Shown piece after piece: positions 10,903 through 19,750 of a DNA stretch of 64,000 bases. The position numbers and the translations under genes are program-made. Every line of letters starts with the position of its first letter. Positions within the stretch are counted from its first letter, which is position 1. The stretch spans positions 32,001 to 96,000 of the forward strand of contig CAWEZH010000003.1 in NCBI GenBank assembly GCA_963813535.1, given 5' to 3'. Source of the stretch: an uncultured Chloroflexia bacterium. Lineage in GTDB: Bacteria; Chloroflexota; Limnocylindria; Limnocylindrales; CSP1-4. The notes under the pieces were generated by a model, which did no database searches, was not told where the DNA came from, and saw nothing but the letters and a program-made list of their open reading frames with translations.

Positions 10903-11697
10903 TCAGCGGCCGAAGAACTCGGTGAGTGCCGGGGCGAGCACGGTCGGATCGACGTTGTGCTCCTGGCCTTCCAGCGTCATGACGTTGCCGTTCGGCAGCG
11001 CGGCCTCGATCGCCTGTGCTGTCGGGCCGAAGAAGTCGAAGCTTGCCGCGCCGATGAGGACGAGGGTCGGGACGGTCACGGACCTGACCTTGTCGACCGG
11101 CAGCGAGTAGTCGCCCATGATCTCGGCGTCGTACGCGAGGGTATGGGCGAGCGACTCGGTCCACTGCCACCACGGCTGGCTCCGGGCGCCGGCGACGAAC
11201 TCGGGCGGCATCCCGACGACCTTGGCCATGAAGTACTCGACTGCGTCGCCGCGGCGGTCCTGGGCGACCAGGTCACGGTAGATCTGGGCGGTATCCGGGT
11301 CGGGTCGGGGCCGGCTCTCATCGACGATGTACGGCGGCTCCCACAGCGCCAGCTTCGTGACCGGCGAACCCGCGGCCGCCGCGAGCAGGGCCAGCGCTGC
11401 ACCGGAGGACGAGCCGTACAGGTTCGCCGTGCCGCCGGCGGCGCCGATCACGGCGTCGATGTCCTCGATCTCGCGCTCGATGGCATAGGGCTGCGTGTCA
11501 CCCGACGGTCCGCGGCCGCGCCGGTCGTAGTTGAAGACGGTGAACCCGCCGGCGAGCTGCTCGGCGAGGCCGGCGTTGGATGAGCGGTCGACAGAGCCGC
11601 CGCTCACGAGGACGACGGCAGGGCCCTGACCGAGCCGGTCGTAGGCGATGGTCGTGCCGTCCTTGGAGGTGACGTACTCGATGGTCGTGCTGGTCAT
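10903..11697 (-). CDS. Alpha/beta fold hydrolase
   Basis: Motifs SKDGTTIAY, YDRRGRG, GSSSG nucleophile elbow and GQEH. AAGGAG RBS. Confidence 0.88.
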   Translation of the reverse strand: MTSTTIEYVTSKDGTTIAYDRLGQGPAVVLVSGGSVDRSSNAGLAEQLAGGFTVFNYDRRGRGPSGDTQPYAIEREIEDIDAVIGAAGGTANLYGSSSGAALALLAAAAGSPVTKLALWEPPYIVDESRPRPDPDTAQIYRDLVAQDRRGDAVEYFMAKVVGMPPEFVAGARSQPWWQWTESLAHTLAYDAEIMGDYSLPVDKVRSVTVPTLVLIGAASFDFFGPTAQAIEAALPNGNVMTLEGQEHNVDPTVLAPALTEFFGR

Positions 11698-11737
11698 TGT
11701 GGTCACTCCTTGGTCGCGTCTATCTGCGCCGTGTGCG

Positions 11738-12286
11738 TTACTGGGCCGCGGGCCCGTAGGTCATCGCCTGCACGCCGGTCGTGAATGTCCGCGCTTCGAT
11801 GAGTCGAAGCGGGATCGGCTGATCTTCCGCATCGAACAGGCGCTTGCCGTGGCCGACGACGATCGGATGGACGAGTAGCCGGAGCTCGTCGAGCACGCCG
11901 GCCCGCAGCAGGCTGCGGACGAGGGTCGGACTGCCGGTGATCGAGATGTCCTTGCCCGACTGCTCCTTGATCGCCGTAAGCGCCTCGATGACGTCGCCCT
12001 CGATGAGGGTCGAGTTCTGCCACTCGACCGCGTCGAGCGTCGTCGAGGCCACGAGCTTCTGCGTGCCGTTCATGACGTCGGCGAAGGGCTCGTCACTCGA
12101 CACGTTGGGCCAGTACGAGGCGAATTCCTCGTATGTCTTCCGACCGAGCAGCATCGTGTCCGACTGGGCGGCCTGGGAGGCGACGGCCTCGCCCATCTCG
12201 TCGTTGTAGTACGGGAAGTGCCAGTCCTGCGGGGCCTCGACGACACCGTCGAGGGAGATGAAGAGGCCGGCGATGATCTTGCGCAT
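11738..12286 (-). CDS. Dihydrofolate reductase / RibD C-terminal family protein
   Basis: Motifs ISLDGVVE, LLGRKTY, GSPTLVRSL and DELRLLVHPIVVGHGKRLF. AAAGGA RBS. Confidence 0.9.
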   Translation of the reverse strand: MRKIIAGLFISLDGVVEAPQDWHFPYYNDEMGEAVASQAAQSDTMLLGRKTYEEFASYWPNVSSDEPFADVMNGTQKLVASTTLDAVEWQNSTLIEGDVIEALTAIKEQSGKDISITGSPTLVRSLLRAGVLDELRLLVHPIVVGHGKRLFDAEDQPIPLRLIEARTFTTGVQAMTYGPAAQ

Positions 12287-12342
12287 GGTGGTCGTCCTTT
12301 TCTGGTCTGGTCGTCCGTGCCTTTAGGCGGTTTCATCTGGTA

Positions 12343-12369
12343 GTCGGAGCCGCGCCTCGGTTCTCGACA
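12343..12369 (-). promoter_or_regulatory. ECF42-type promoter for the DHFR-like/hydrolase operon
   Basis: TGTCGA-N17-CGAC, matching the ECF42 consensus (-35 TGTCGA, -10 CG[AT]C). Same geometry as the site at 12730. Confidence 0.7.
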
Positions 12370-12397
12370 TGGCTGTAGCGACGATCTTCGCCAAGAC

Positions 12398-12703
12398 CGG
12401 TCACCGGGTGACCGAACGAGCGAACGAAGGGCCCGGCATTGGTGGGTTCGGCCGGCTCAAGGGTCGGATCGGTCACCGGGTGACCGAACGAGCGAACGAC
12501 GGGCCCGACAACGGTCGGTTCGGCCGGCTCACGGGTCGGATCGGTCACCGGGTGACCGAACGAGCGAACGACGGGCCCGACAACGGTCGGTTCGGCCGGC
12601 TCACGGGTCGGATCGGTCACCGGGTGACCGAACGAGCGAACGACGGGCCCGACAACGGTCGGTTCGGCCGGCTCACGGGTCGGATCGGTCACCGGGTGAC
12701 CGA
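12398..12703. repeat. 72-bp tandem repeat, 4.25 copies, each with a CGGTCAC-CGG-GTGACCG hairpin
   Basis: Units start at 12398, 12470, 12542, 12614 and 12686 (partial). Copies 2-4 are identical and copy 1 is diverged. Confidence 0.95.
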
Positions 12704-12729
12704 CCTGCCGCGGGCTGGCGGCGGCACAA

Positions 12730-12756
12730 TGTCGAGACGATGTCCCCGGTTCCGAC
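12730..12756 (+). promoter_or_regulatory. ECF42-type autoregulatory promoter for the YciI-sigma operon
   Basis: TGTCGA-N17-CGAC upstream of the YciI gene. Confidence 0.7.
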
Positions 12757-12804
12757 CTTCCTGTGACGGCGCCCGGATGAGGCCCGCGAACGCAAGGAGT
12801 CCCC

Positions 12805-13155
12805 GTGAAGTACATGATCCTGATCCACTCGGACATGGCGTTCTGGGAGACCCTCCCGGAGGCGGAGGCGAACCGCGTCCTCGGCAATCACTACACGGTG
12901 ATCAACGAGACCAAGGCGTCGGGTGAGCTGATCCGCGTCGAGGGCCTAGGGAACGATCGCACCTTCATCGAGTTCCGCGATGGCACGCCGGCCGTGACCG
13001 ACGGTCCGTTCGGCGAGGTCAAGGAGCAGCTGGCCGGCATCTTCCTGATCGATGTCGACAGCCTCGGTCGCGCCCAGGAGATCGCCGGCCCGCTCGCCGA
13101 GTACGGCGTCGTCGAGATCCGGCCGGTCATGGAGGATGCCGGGACGGAGATGTGA
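12805..13155 (+). CDS. YciI/DGPF domain protein
   Basis: Motifs MKYMILI, VTDGPFGEVKEQLAG and VEIRPV. AAGGAG RBS. Confidence 0.9.
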   Translation: MKYMILIHSDMAFWETLPEAEANRVLGNHYTVINETKASGELIRVEGLGNDRTFIEFRDGTPAVTDGPFGEVKEQLAGIFLIDVDSLGRAQEIAGPLAEYGVVEIRPVMEDAGTEM

Positions 13156-14408
13156 CCGCCTCCGACGCTGTTCCAGCCGACACCGAGGGCCTGCTCCGCC
13201 ACCTGGCGCCGCAGGTCCTCGCCGCTCTCGCTCGACGGAATAGCCAGTTCGACGCCTGCGAGGACGCCGTCCAGGAGGCACTCCTCTCCGCGTCGAGACA
13301 GTGGGCCGAGGACGGCATCCCCGACAACCCCCGTGGCTGGCTGATCACCGTCGCCCAGCGCCGGCTCACGGACCAGCTCCGCGCTGATGTCGCTCGGCAG
13401 CGGCGGGAATCGGCCGCGGCGGCCCTCCTCCCACCGGAGGCGTGGCACGTCCCCGCGCCGGACATCGACGACGCCCCGCCCGATGCCGACGACACCCTGA
13501 CGCTGCTGTTCCTGTGTTGCCATCCGTCCCTGTCGCCACCCTCGCAGTTGGCGCTGACGCTGCGCGCCGTCGCCGGTCTGACCACGACGCAGATCGCGGC
13601 CGCCTTCATGGTTCCGGAGGCGACGATGGCGCAGCGCATCAGCCGCGCGAAGGCGACGATCAAGGGAGCCGGGGCGCGGTTCGAGCTACCGCCGGACGAC
13701 GAGCGATCCGAGCGACTGCACGTCGTCCTTCACGTCCTCTACCTGATGTTCAACGAGGGCTACACGGCCTCGTCCGGCGAGGACCTCCAGCGACCGGCGC
13801 TGGCCGCCGAGGCGATCCGCATCACGCGGGACGTCCACGGCCGGCTGCCCGATGACGGCGAGGTCGCAGGGTTGCTGGCGCTCATGCTGCTGACCGATGC
13901 GCGGCGCCCGGCGCGGACCGAGCCCGACGGTAGCCTCATCCCGCTTGCCGAGCAGGACCGCTCGCGATGGGATCGGGACGCCATCCGCGAAGGCGTCGAC
14001 ATCATCACGGCGACGCTCCCCCGCGGTCGCATCGGCCCGTACCAGCTCCAGGCGGCGATCGCCGCCATCCACGACGAGGCGCCTCGGGCCGAGGACACTG
14101 ACTGGCGCGAGATCCTGGGCCTGTACCAGCTCCTCGAGCGGGTCTCGCCGAACCCGATGGTGACGCTCAACCACGCCGTTGCGGCGGCGATGGTCGATGG
14201 CCCAGCGGCCGGTCTGGCGTTGCTCACCACCCTGGACGGCGACGAGCGGATCGCCAGGCATCATCGCCTCGAGGCGGTCCGAGCCCACCTCCTGGAGATG
14301 GCCGGAGACGTCGACGGCGCGCGGACCGCGTACCGACTGGCGGCGCAGCGAACGACCAGCGTCCCGGAGCGGCGCTATCTCGAGGAGCGTGCGAGCCGCC
14401 TCGGTTGA
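13152..14408 (+). CDS. ECF RNA polymerase sigma factor with C-terminal TPR-like extension (ECF42-type)
   Basis: Motifs EDAVQEA, LLFLCCHPSL, TMAQRISRAK, LYLMFNEGY and GPYQLQAAIAA. Translationally coupled to the DGPF gene. Confidence 0.92.
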   Translation: MTASDAVPADTEGLLRHLAPQVLAALARRNSQFDACEDAVQEALLSASRQWAEDGIPDNPRGWLITVAQRRLTDQLRADVARQRRESAAAALLPPEAWHVPAPDIDDAPPDADDTLTLLFLCCHPSLSPPSQLALTLRAVAGLTTTQIAAAFMVPEATMAQRISRAKATIKGAGARFELPPDDERSERLHVVLHVLYLMFNEGYTASSGEDLQRPALAAEAIRITRDVHGRLPDDGEVAGLLALMLLTDARRPARTEPDGSLIPLAEQDRSRWDRDAIREGVDIITATLPRGRIGPYQLQAAIAAIHDEAPRAEDTDWREILGLYQLLERVSPNPMVTLNHAVAAAMVDGPAAGLALLTTLDGDERIARHHRLEAVRAHLLEMAGDVDGARTAYRLAAQRTTSVPERRYLEERASRLG

Positions 14409-14417
14409 CGCGCCGTT

Positions 14418-15419
14418 CTACTGGACGGTCAATCCTCCGATCATGCCCAGGGCGGCGTGCGGTGCGCCCGTTGCCGGGTCAGGTACGAAGCAGATGAAGG
14501 CGTAGTTGCCGGCCTCCACATCGATGTCCATCGTCGCGGTAGACCCGGCGGAGATCCCGGCGATGCCGCCGGCGCTCGTCCAGGGCGGCGGTGCGCTCGA
14601 TGTCTCGCTCGAGCCGAAGGCCTCGACGATCTGCTCGATCGTGGTGCCCTCGTTCAGCTTGACCAGGGTGGCCTCGTGCGGCTGCGGGCCCTTGTTCTCG
14701 ACGGTCACGGTGTGCTGGCCGGGCGTGAGCGTCGAAAGACCGACGAAGGCGAAGTCCTGGAGGGCCAGCTCGGCATCACCCGCCGGGAGCGGGGCATCCA
14801 CGGCCGTGCCGGTGACCTCCATGGGCGCGATCATGCCCTTCGCGAGGTGCGGGATCCCGTCCGCCCCCGAGACGAAACAGAGGAAGGCGTACTGGCCGGG
14901 TTCGAGGTTGGCGGTGGTCGACGCCGTGACGCCCGGGGCAACGCCAGTGGGGCCACCAGCGAGTGTGAGCATCGCGAGGGCGGCGGCTTCGTCGGGCTGC
15001 TGGAGTGCGGCGGTCAGGTCGGCGAACGTCTTGCCGTCCGCGATCCTCGCGAGCTGGGCCTGATGCTCCTCCTTGCCGGTGTTGTTCACGGTGACCTTAG
15101 TGACGCCTGCTTCGATCGACGCCGGCGCAACGTAGGAAAAGTCCTTGGCCTCGATCGGGACGTCGGTCACCGCACCGGCCGATGCCGATGGCGACGCCGC
15201 CGACGCGCTCGGCTCCGTGCTTGCCGAGCCGCTGGGGCTGGCCGGGGCAACGCTCGGGCTGGCCGACGTCGCCGACTGGCCGGCGCAGGCCGCAAGCGTC
15301 CCGACCATCAGGGTCAGGATCCCGAGGACGCCGGCCACTCGTCCGGCGCGCGTTCGCGTATCGACCACCATCAGGGCACCTCCAAGAGTCCGGGCCATCC
15401 TGTCAAAGGCCGTCATCAC
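14418..15419 (-). CDS. Lipoprotein with two cupredoxin-like repeats
   Basis: Lipobox LAAC. Two repeats each carry His...Cys-x9/10-His-x4-Met (CFVSGADGIPHLAKGM and CFVPDPATGAPHAALGM). Start codon uncertain. Confidence 0.7.
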   Translation of the reverse strand: MMTAFDRMARTLGGALMVVDTRTRAGRVAGVLGILTLMVGTLAACAGQSATSASPSVAPASPSGSASTEPSASAASPSASAGAVTDVPIEAKDFSYVAPASIEAGVTKVTVNNTGKEEHQAQLARIADGKTFADLTAALQQPDEAAALAMLTLAGGPTGVAPGVTASTTANLEPGQYAFLCFVSGADGIPHLAKGMIAPMEVTGTAVDAPLPAGDAELALQDFAFVGLSTLTPGQHTVTVENKGPQPHEATLVKLNEGTTIEQIVEAFGSSETSSAPPPWTSAGGIAGISAGSTATMDIDVEAGNYAFICFVPDPATGAPHAALGMIGGLTVQ

Positions 15420-16698
15420 GTCGGGCTGTCTCGCCGCGGGCTGGACGTGTCAGCTGCGTGTCGCCGCTGGTTGCCACGAGTCTCCGCCGGATGGCCGGCT
15501 GGGGTACGCCGCTCGGGTCGAGGCGCTCGGCGCCGAGGAACGCCTGCATCCGTTCCATCCCGGTCGCGAACGCGTCGATGAACGTCTCGTCGGCAGCGAG
15601 AGCCTGGTCCTCCAGCCACAGCCCGAGGATCGCGAACGTCGAGCTCTGGCGATCCAGACGGCCGTCGAAGCGGGCCACGAGTCGGTCGCCCCACAGGACG
15701 GGTAGCGCGTAGTAGCCGAACTTCCGTTTCGGGGCCGGCGTGTAGACCTCCCAGATGTAGTCGAAGTCGAACAGGGGCTTGGCCCGTTTGCGGGCGCTGA
15801 CCGGATCGAGCGGGGCCAGGAAGGTCGCCTCCTCGGTAGTCGTGGTCTCCTTCGGCTTCCAGTCGCGCGGGACCCGGCCGGCGGCCACGGTCTCGATCGC
15901 CTTCCGGTCCGACGCGAGCGCCCAGCGCGGCCCACGCCAGCCCTCGACGACCACCTCCATCAGGGTGCCGTCCCCGACGGCCCGATCCCGCCACGCGATC
16001 GCGGTCGCACGGCTGCCCTTCTCGTAGATCGTGTACGACGTCCCGGTGACGGCCGAGATGCCTTCGAACGCGACGTGCTTGCGGCGCATGAAGTCCTCGG
16101 TCTCGGCGTCGGATGCCGCCTCGAGGAGCTCGGGCGGGGCGATGGCCTCGGTCGGGGCGTAGACCCGCTCGAACCGTTCGCGGTGATGGACCATCGCCTC
16201 GCCGACGCGCCACAGGTAGTACAGCGCCACGGCGCTGTCCTTGCGCCCGCGATAGCTGTCGGTCCGCGTGCGGCTCGCCATCGTGAAGTCGCGGTTGGCG
16301 ACGGTGCCTCGCTCCTGGAGGATGCGGCGCATCTCGACGATCGCAGCGTGGTGCTCGCGCTCGACATCGCGCCAGTGCCCGATCTCGCGTTCGCGGCGCA
16401 TCAGGTTCCGCCAGTACGGCAGTTCGTCCATCGGCCGGACAGCGAGCCAGCCACCCCAGTCGAAGAACCGCCGCTTGTCGTAGGTCAGCGTCGCCCAGTC
16501 GTCGGGTCGATAGTCGATGACGCGGCTGTGCAACATCAGGTCCTGCGCGCGCGCCATGATCCCGAGCGGGTCGAGTTGCAGGTGCTCCATCGCGCGCATG
16601 GCGCGCTCGGTGCCGGCGAGACCGCGCCATCGACGGCCGGGCCAGAGACCCTGCCGGCCGAGGATGAATCGGCGGGCCGTCTGGCGCGAGATCTCCAT
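15403..16698 (-). CDS. YcaQ/AlkZ-like winged-helix DNA glycosylase (crosslink repair family)
   Basis: LQLDP (QxD catalytic motif), FLAPLDPV, LFDFDYIWEVYTPAPKRKFGYYALPVLWGD. Start at MEISRQTARR. Confidence 0.88.
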   Translation of the reverse strand: MEISRQTARRFILGRQGLWPGRRWRGLAGTERAMRAMEHLQLDPLGIMARAQDLMLHSRVIDYRPDDWATLTYDKRRFFDWGGWLAVRPMDELPYWRNLMRREREIGHWRDVEREHHAAIVEMRRILQERGTVANRDFTMASRTRTDSYRGRKDSAVALYYLWRVGEAMVHHRERFERVYAPTEAIAPPELLEAASDAETEDFMRRKHVAFEGISAVTGTSYTIYEKGSRATAIAWRDRAVGDGTLMEVVVEGWRGPRWALASDRKAIETVAAGRVPRDWKPKETTTTEEATFLAPLDPVSARKRAKPLFDFDYIWEVYTPAPKRKFGYYALPVLWGDRLVARFDGRLDRQSSTFAILGLWLEDQALAADETFIDAFATGMERMQAFLGAERLDPSGVPQPAIRRRLVATSGDTQLTRPARGETARRDDGL

Positions 16699-16734
16699 CG
16701 TCCGCAAGCCTAGCGGCGCTAGGCTGTCGACATC

Positions 16735-17139
16735 ATGGTCGACTCGAACCGGCAGACCTCGAACCTGCGCGACATCGGCGACGTCCCGTCGCTCGACGTC
16801 TGGGGCGACACCGTCCAGGCGCGGGTGATCGTCGGGAACAACGCGAGCCTGGCCGTGGTCGACCTCGCGCCCGGCGCGATCGTCCCGGAGCATCGCCACG
16901 AGCACGAGCAGCTCGGGCTCTGCGTCACAGGCTCGATCACCTTCACGATCGACGGCGAACGGCGGGAGCTCGGGCCGGGCGGCACGTGGCGGATCACGTC
17001 GAACCTGCCGCACGACGCGGTGGCCGGACCGGACGGTGCGATCGTCGTCGACATCTTCGCCCCGGTCCGTGCCGATTGGGACGCGCTGCCACGCTCGGTG
17101 CCTCGTCCCGCTCGCTGGCCGGAGCGAAACGAGGGCTAG
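16735..17139 (+). CDS. Cupin domain protein
   Basis: Motifs PEHRHEHEQLG, SNLPHDA and DIFAPVR. Confidence 0.85.
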   Translation: MVDSNRQTSNLRDIGDVPSLDVWGDTVQARVIVGNNASLAVVDLAPGAIVPEHRHEHEQLGLCVTGSITFTIDGERRELGPGGTWRITSNLPHDAVAGPDGAIVVDIFAPVRADWDALPRSVPRPARWPERNEG

Positions 17140-18059
17140 CGCAGGGCACTGGCCAGCGTCAGCTGTTCGACACGTGGCGGGACGAAGGCCGGGGGTGCGT
17201 CCGGCGCACGTCGTCGGCGCCGGTCCTTGATCCCGTACTCCCTGGCCAGCTCGCGAACGCGCTGCCGGACCGGTTCCACGACGTCCTTGGCGACGTAGGC
17301 CCGACCGTCGTAGAGCCGCTCGTATGACGGCAGCAACTCCGGCCAGTCTCGGGCGAGGTTCTGCAGGAAGTGCTCGCGCGTCCCGGGCTTGAGGTAGAGG
17401 ACGTTGGTCCACACCGCCGTCGCGCCGGCGTCGCGGGCCGCCTTGACGACCTCAGCCATCTTGGCCGGGTCGTCCGACAGGCCGGGCAGGATCGGCGCCA
17501 TGCCGACGCTGGCATCGATGCCGGCGTCGATCAGGGTCCGGATGGCGCGGAGGCGCTGGCGCGGCGGGGCGGTGCCGGGCTCGGTCCTGCGCCAGATCTC
17601 CTCGTCGAGCGTCGGGATCGAGAACGTGATACCGACCTCGGTCTTTGCCGATGCCTCGGTCAGGACGTCGACGTCACGGACGACGAGCGGGCCGCGCGTG
17701 ATGAGACCGATCGGGGTCGACGCGTCGGCCAGCGCCTGGATCGCGCCGCGGGTGAGCCGGAAGCGACCCTCGGCCGGCTGGTACGGGTCGGTCGCCGTGC
17801 CGACCACGACCTGCTCGCGCTTCCACGACTTCCGTGCCAGCTCCCTGCGCAGGACCTCGACGAGATTGGTCTTGACCCGTATCGAGGTGCCATAGCGCGC
17901 GTCCGACGGCCGGTCGGCGAGGTACTCGAAGGCGCGGACGAAACAGAACGTGCATCGGTGGACGCAGCCCATGTATGGGTTGAGCGACCACTTGAAGCCC
18001 ATGCCGCGGACGCGATTGAGAGCGGTCCGGCACGGTTCGTCGCGATAGGTCGGCCGCAT
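17136..18059 (-). CDS. Radical SAM protein, spore photoproduct lyase-like (Rv2578c family)
   Basis: NPYMGCVHRCTFC (CxxxCxxC), GTATDPYQPAE and APILPGLSD, with an SOS box upstream. Confidence 0.9.
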   Translation of the reverse strand: MRPTYRDEPCRTALNRVRGMGFKWSLNPYMGCVHRCTFCFVRAFEYLADRPSDARYGTSIRVKTNLVEVLRRELARKSWKREQVVVGTATDPYQPAEGRFRLTRGAIQALADASTPIGLITRGPLVVRDVDVLTEASAKTEVGITFSIPTLDEEIWRRTEPGTAPPRQRLRAIRTLIDAGIDASVGMAPILPGLSDDPAKMAEVVKAARDAGATAVWTNVLYLKPGTREHFLQNLARDWPELLPSYERLYDGRAYVAKDVVEPVRQRVRELAREYGIKDRRRRRAPDAPPAFVPPRVEQLTLASALR

Positions 18060-18073
18060 GCTATGGGCAAGGA

Positions 18074-18089
18074 TAGAACGGATGTTCTA
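18074..18089. promoter_or_regulatory. LexA (SOS) box
   Basis: TAGAAC-GGAT-GTTCTA has perfectly matching arms and overlaps the -10 (TATCCT, minus strand) of the radical SAM gene. Confidence 0.8.
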
Positions 18090-18108
18090 GTGTGTCGAGC
18101 CCGACTCC

Positions 18109-19017
18109 TCAGGAGCGCGGCGTCGGGGCCTTGCGGGCTTCGAAGCCCAGCTCGCGCGCCTCGCGGACGGTCAGCCGCTCCGTCCGCTTCCAGGTGAACG
18201 CGGTCGCGATCGCGTCCCAGAGCGGCGGCAGATCCCAGTACGCCGAGTGGGACCGCGGGAAGTCCTTGCCCGAGTGGACCCGCAGATCGACCACGCTCGC
18301 CAGGCCGTCGCTCCGTCGGAACAGGGGTTCGGCCACGAACGACAGGAAGTCGCGACTGTCGTAGACGTTGAGCCACGGAACGGGGAGATGCGGCGGATCG
18401 GCCTCCTGGTAGGGCAGCGAGGGGATGGCGTCGAACGTGTACAGCAACGGCGCCTGCGAGCCGACCGTGACGCAGGCCTCGACGGGCGCCTCCGGCCAGC
18501 TCGCGACGAGGTCGACCAGAGCGATCCCGCCAAGACTCAGCCCGACCGGCAGGATGGGCTTGCCCCGAGCGGCACGCCTGACCTCGTCGAGCTCATCCCG
18601 CAACACGTCCTGGATCGAGGCTCGATGCTCGTGATAGCCGATCACGTCGGCGAGCAGCTGGGCGCCGATGGTGTCGAGCAGCATCTCGCGCCGGCTCTCG
18701 AAATAATTCGTGACGAGCCGCAAGACGGATGCGCGCCCGACACCCGTCGGCAGACTGGCCAGGGAGATCGCTGTCGGGCGGGCCTGGCGGTACATGGCCT
18801 TGCGCCAGTTGCCGAGCCGCAGCCCGGAGCGCCGGCGCCATTCGGGCGCGATCACGCGCACGTCCCAGCCGCGCTTGCGGACCTGGTCCTCGATACGGGC
18901 GACGTTCCGAACCAGCCCCTCGGATGTCTCGTTCGCACCGTGGACGAAGAACAGCAGCCCGCTCGGCGCCGGCGGCGGAGGGGCGACGCGGGGACGGGTC
19001 CGACCCGGGCTGGCCAT
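18109..19017 (-). CDS. Hypothetical alpha/beta-hydrolase-like protein
   Basis: Motifs FFVHG, GLSLGG, VTVGSQAP, WLNVYDSRDFLS and SHSAYW. Confidence 0.7.
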   Translation of the reverse strand: MASPGRTRPRVAPPPPAPSGLLFFVHGANETSEGLVRNVARIEDQVRKRGWDVRVIAPEWRRRSGLRLGNWRKAMYRQARPTAISLASLPTGVGRASVLRLVTNYFESRREMLLDTIGAQLLADVIGYHEHRASIQDVLRDELDEVRRAARGKPILPVGLSLGGIALVDLVASWPEAPVEACVTVGSQAPLLYTFDAIPSLPYQEADPPHLPVPWLNVYDSRDFLSFVAEPLFRRSDGLASVVDLRVHSGKDFPRSHSAYWDLPPLWDAIATAFTWKRTERLTVREARELGFEARKAPTPRS

Positions 19018-19046
19018 GCGCTGAGGGTAGCGCGGTGAGCGACGCC

Positions 19047-19074
19047 GGAAACCGCTCGGCAACGCGGGGACGTA
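19047..19074 (+). promoter_or_regulatory. Putative ECF sigma promoter
   Basis: GGAAAC-N18-CGTA upstream of the lipoprotein gene, matching the generic ECF AAC/CGT pattern. Confidence 0.45.
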
Positions 19075-19114
19075 TCCGACCCTGAACCCCAGCCTGCACT
19101 ACGGAGACCCTTCG

Positions 19115-19654
19115 ATGACCTTGGATCCTCGACGTTCCCTGCTGCTCCCGGCACTGCTTGTCAGCGCCGCGATCGTGGCAGCCTGCTCCAGTGGCGGCGC
19201 CGCTACGACCGCCCCGTCGGTGGCCGCACCATCCGCCGCCCCCTCATCAGAAGCACCGGCATCCGAGGCGCCGGCATCGTCCGCTCCGGCGGCCGCCGGA
19301 GCGGCACTCGCGCTCGCCGACAGCGCCCTCGGCATGATCATCACCGACGGCGCCGGCAAGACCCTCTACATGTTCACGCCCGACGAGGGCGGGACACCCA
19401 CCTGCTACGACGACTGCGCCACGGCGTGGCCGCCGCTCTTGGCCGACGACCCCGCGGCGGTGACCGCCGGGACCGGTCTGGATGCCTCCAAGATCACGGT
19501 CGTCGATCGGACCGATGGTGGGAAGCAAGTCAAGTACGGGGAATACCCGCTGTACTTCTTCGCCAATGACGCCGCGGCCGGCGACACCAACGGCCAGGGC
19601 CTCAACGAGAAGTGGTACGTCGTGGGTGCCGACGGCGAGCCGATCAAGGGCTAG
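19115..19654 (+). CDS. Secreted lipoprotein with Y-x4-D repeats (COG4315 / Lipoprotein_15)
   Basis: Lipobox VAAC, GKTLYMFTPD, CYDDCATAWPP and PLYFFANDAAAGDTNGQG. Confidence 0.88.
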   Translation: MTLDPRRSLLLPALLVSAAIVAACSSGGAATTAPSVAAPSAAPSSEAPASEAPASSAPAAAGAALALADSALGMIITDGAGKTLYMFTPDEGGTPTCYDDCATAWPPLLADDPAAVTAGTGLDASKITVVDRTDGGKQVKYGEYPLYFFANDAAAGDTNGQGLNEKWYVVGADGEPIKG

Positions 19655-19750
19655 CCGCACCACATACGGGGGGCGGGGCCGGTGGCGCGAGCCGCCGGCC
19701 TCGTGATTCCGCGGCGCGATCCTCCGCGGCGCGAACCGCTGATCCGCTGA

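Noticed and set aside
12398-12703. CRISPR array
   Set aside because: The sequences between palindromes are identical or near-identical rather than unique spacers, the palindrome is only about 18 bp, and there are no cas genes in the window.
12333-12926. Repeat-protein ORFs (184 aa minus, 185 aa plus) across the tandem array
   Set aside because: They are open only because the 72-bp unit lacks stops in those frames. They overlap promoters and the YciI gene and have no RBS.
16699-17412. N-terminal extension of the YcaQ-like ORF to 669 aa
   Set aside because: It is the antisense shadow of the cupin gene and an alternate frame of the radical SAM gene.
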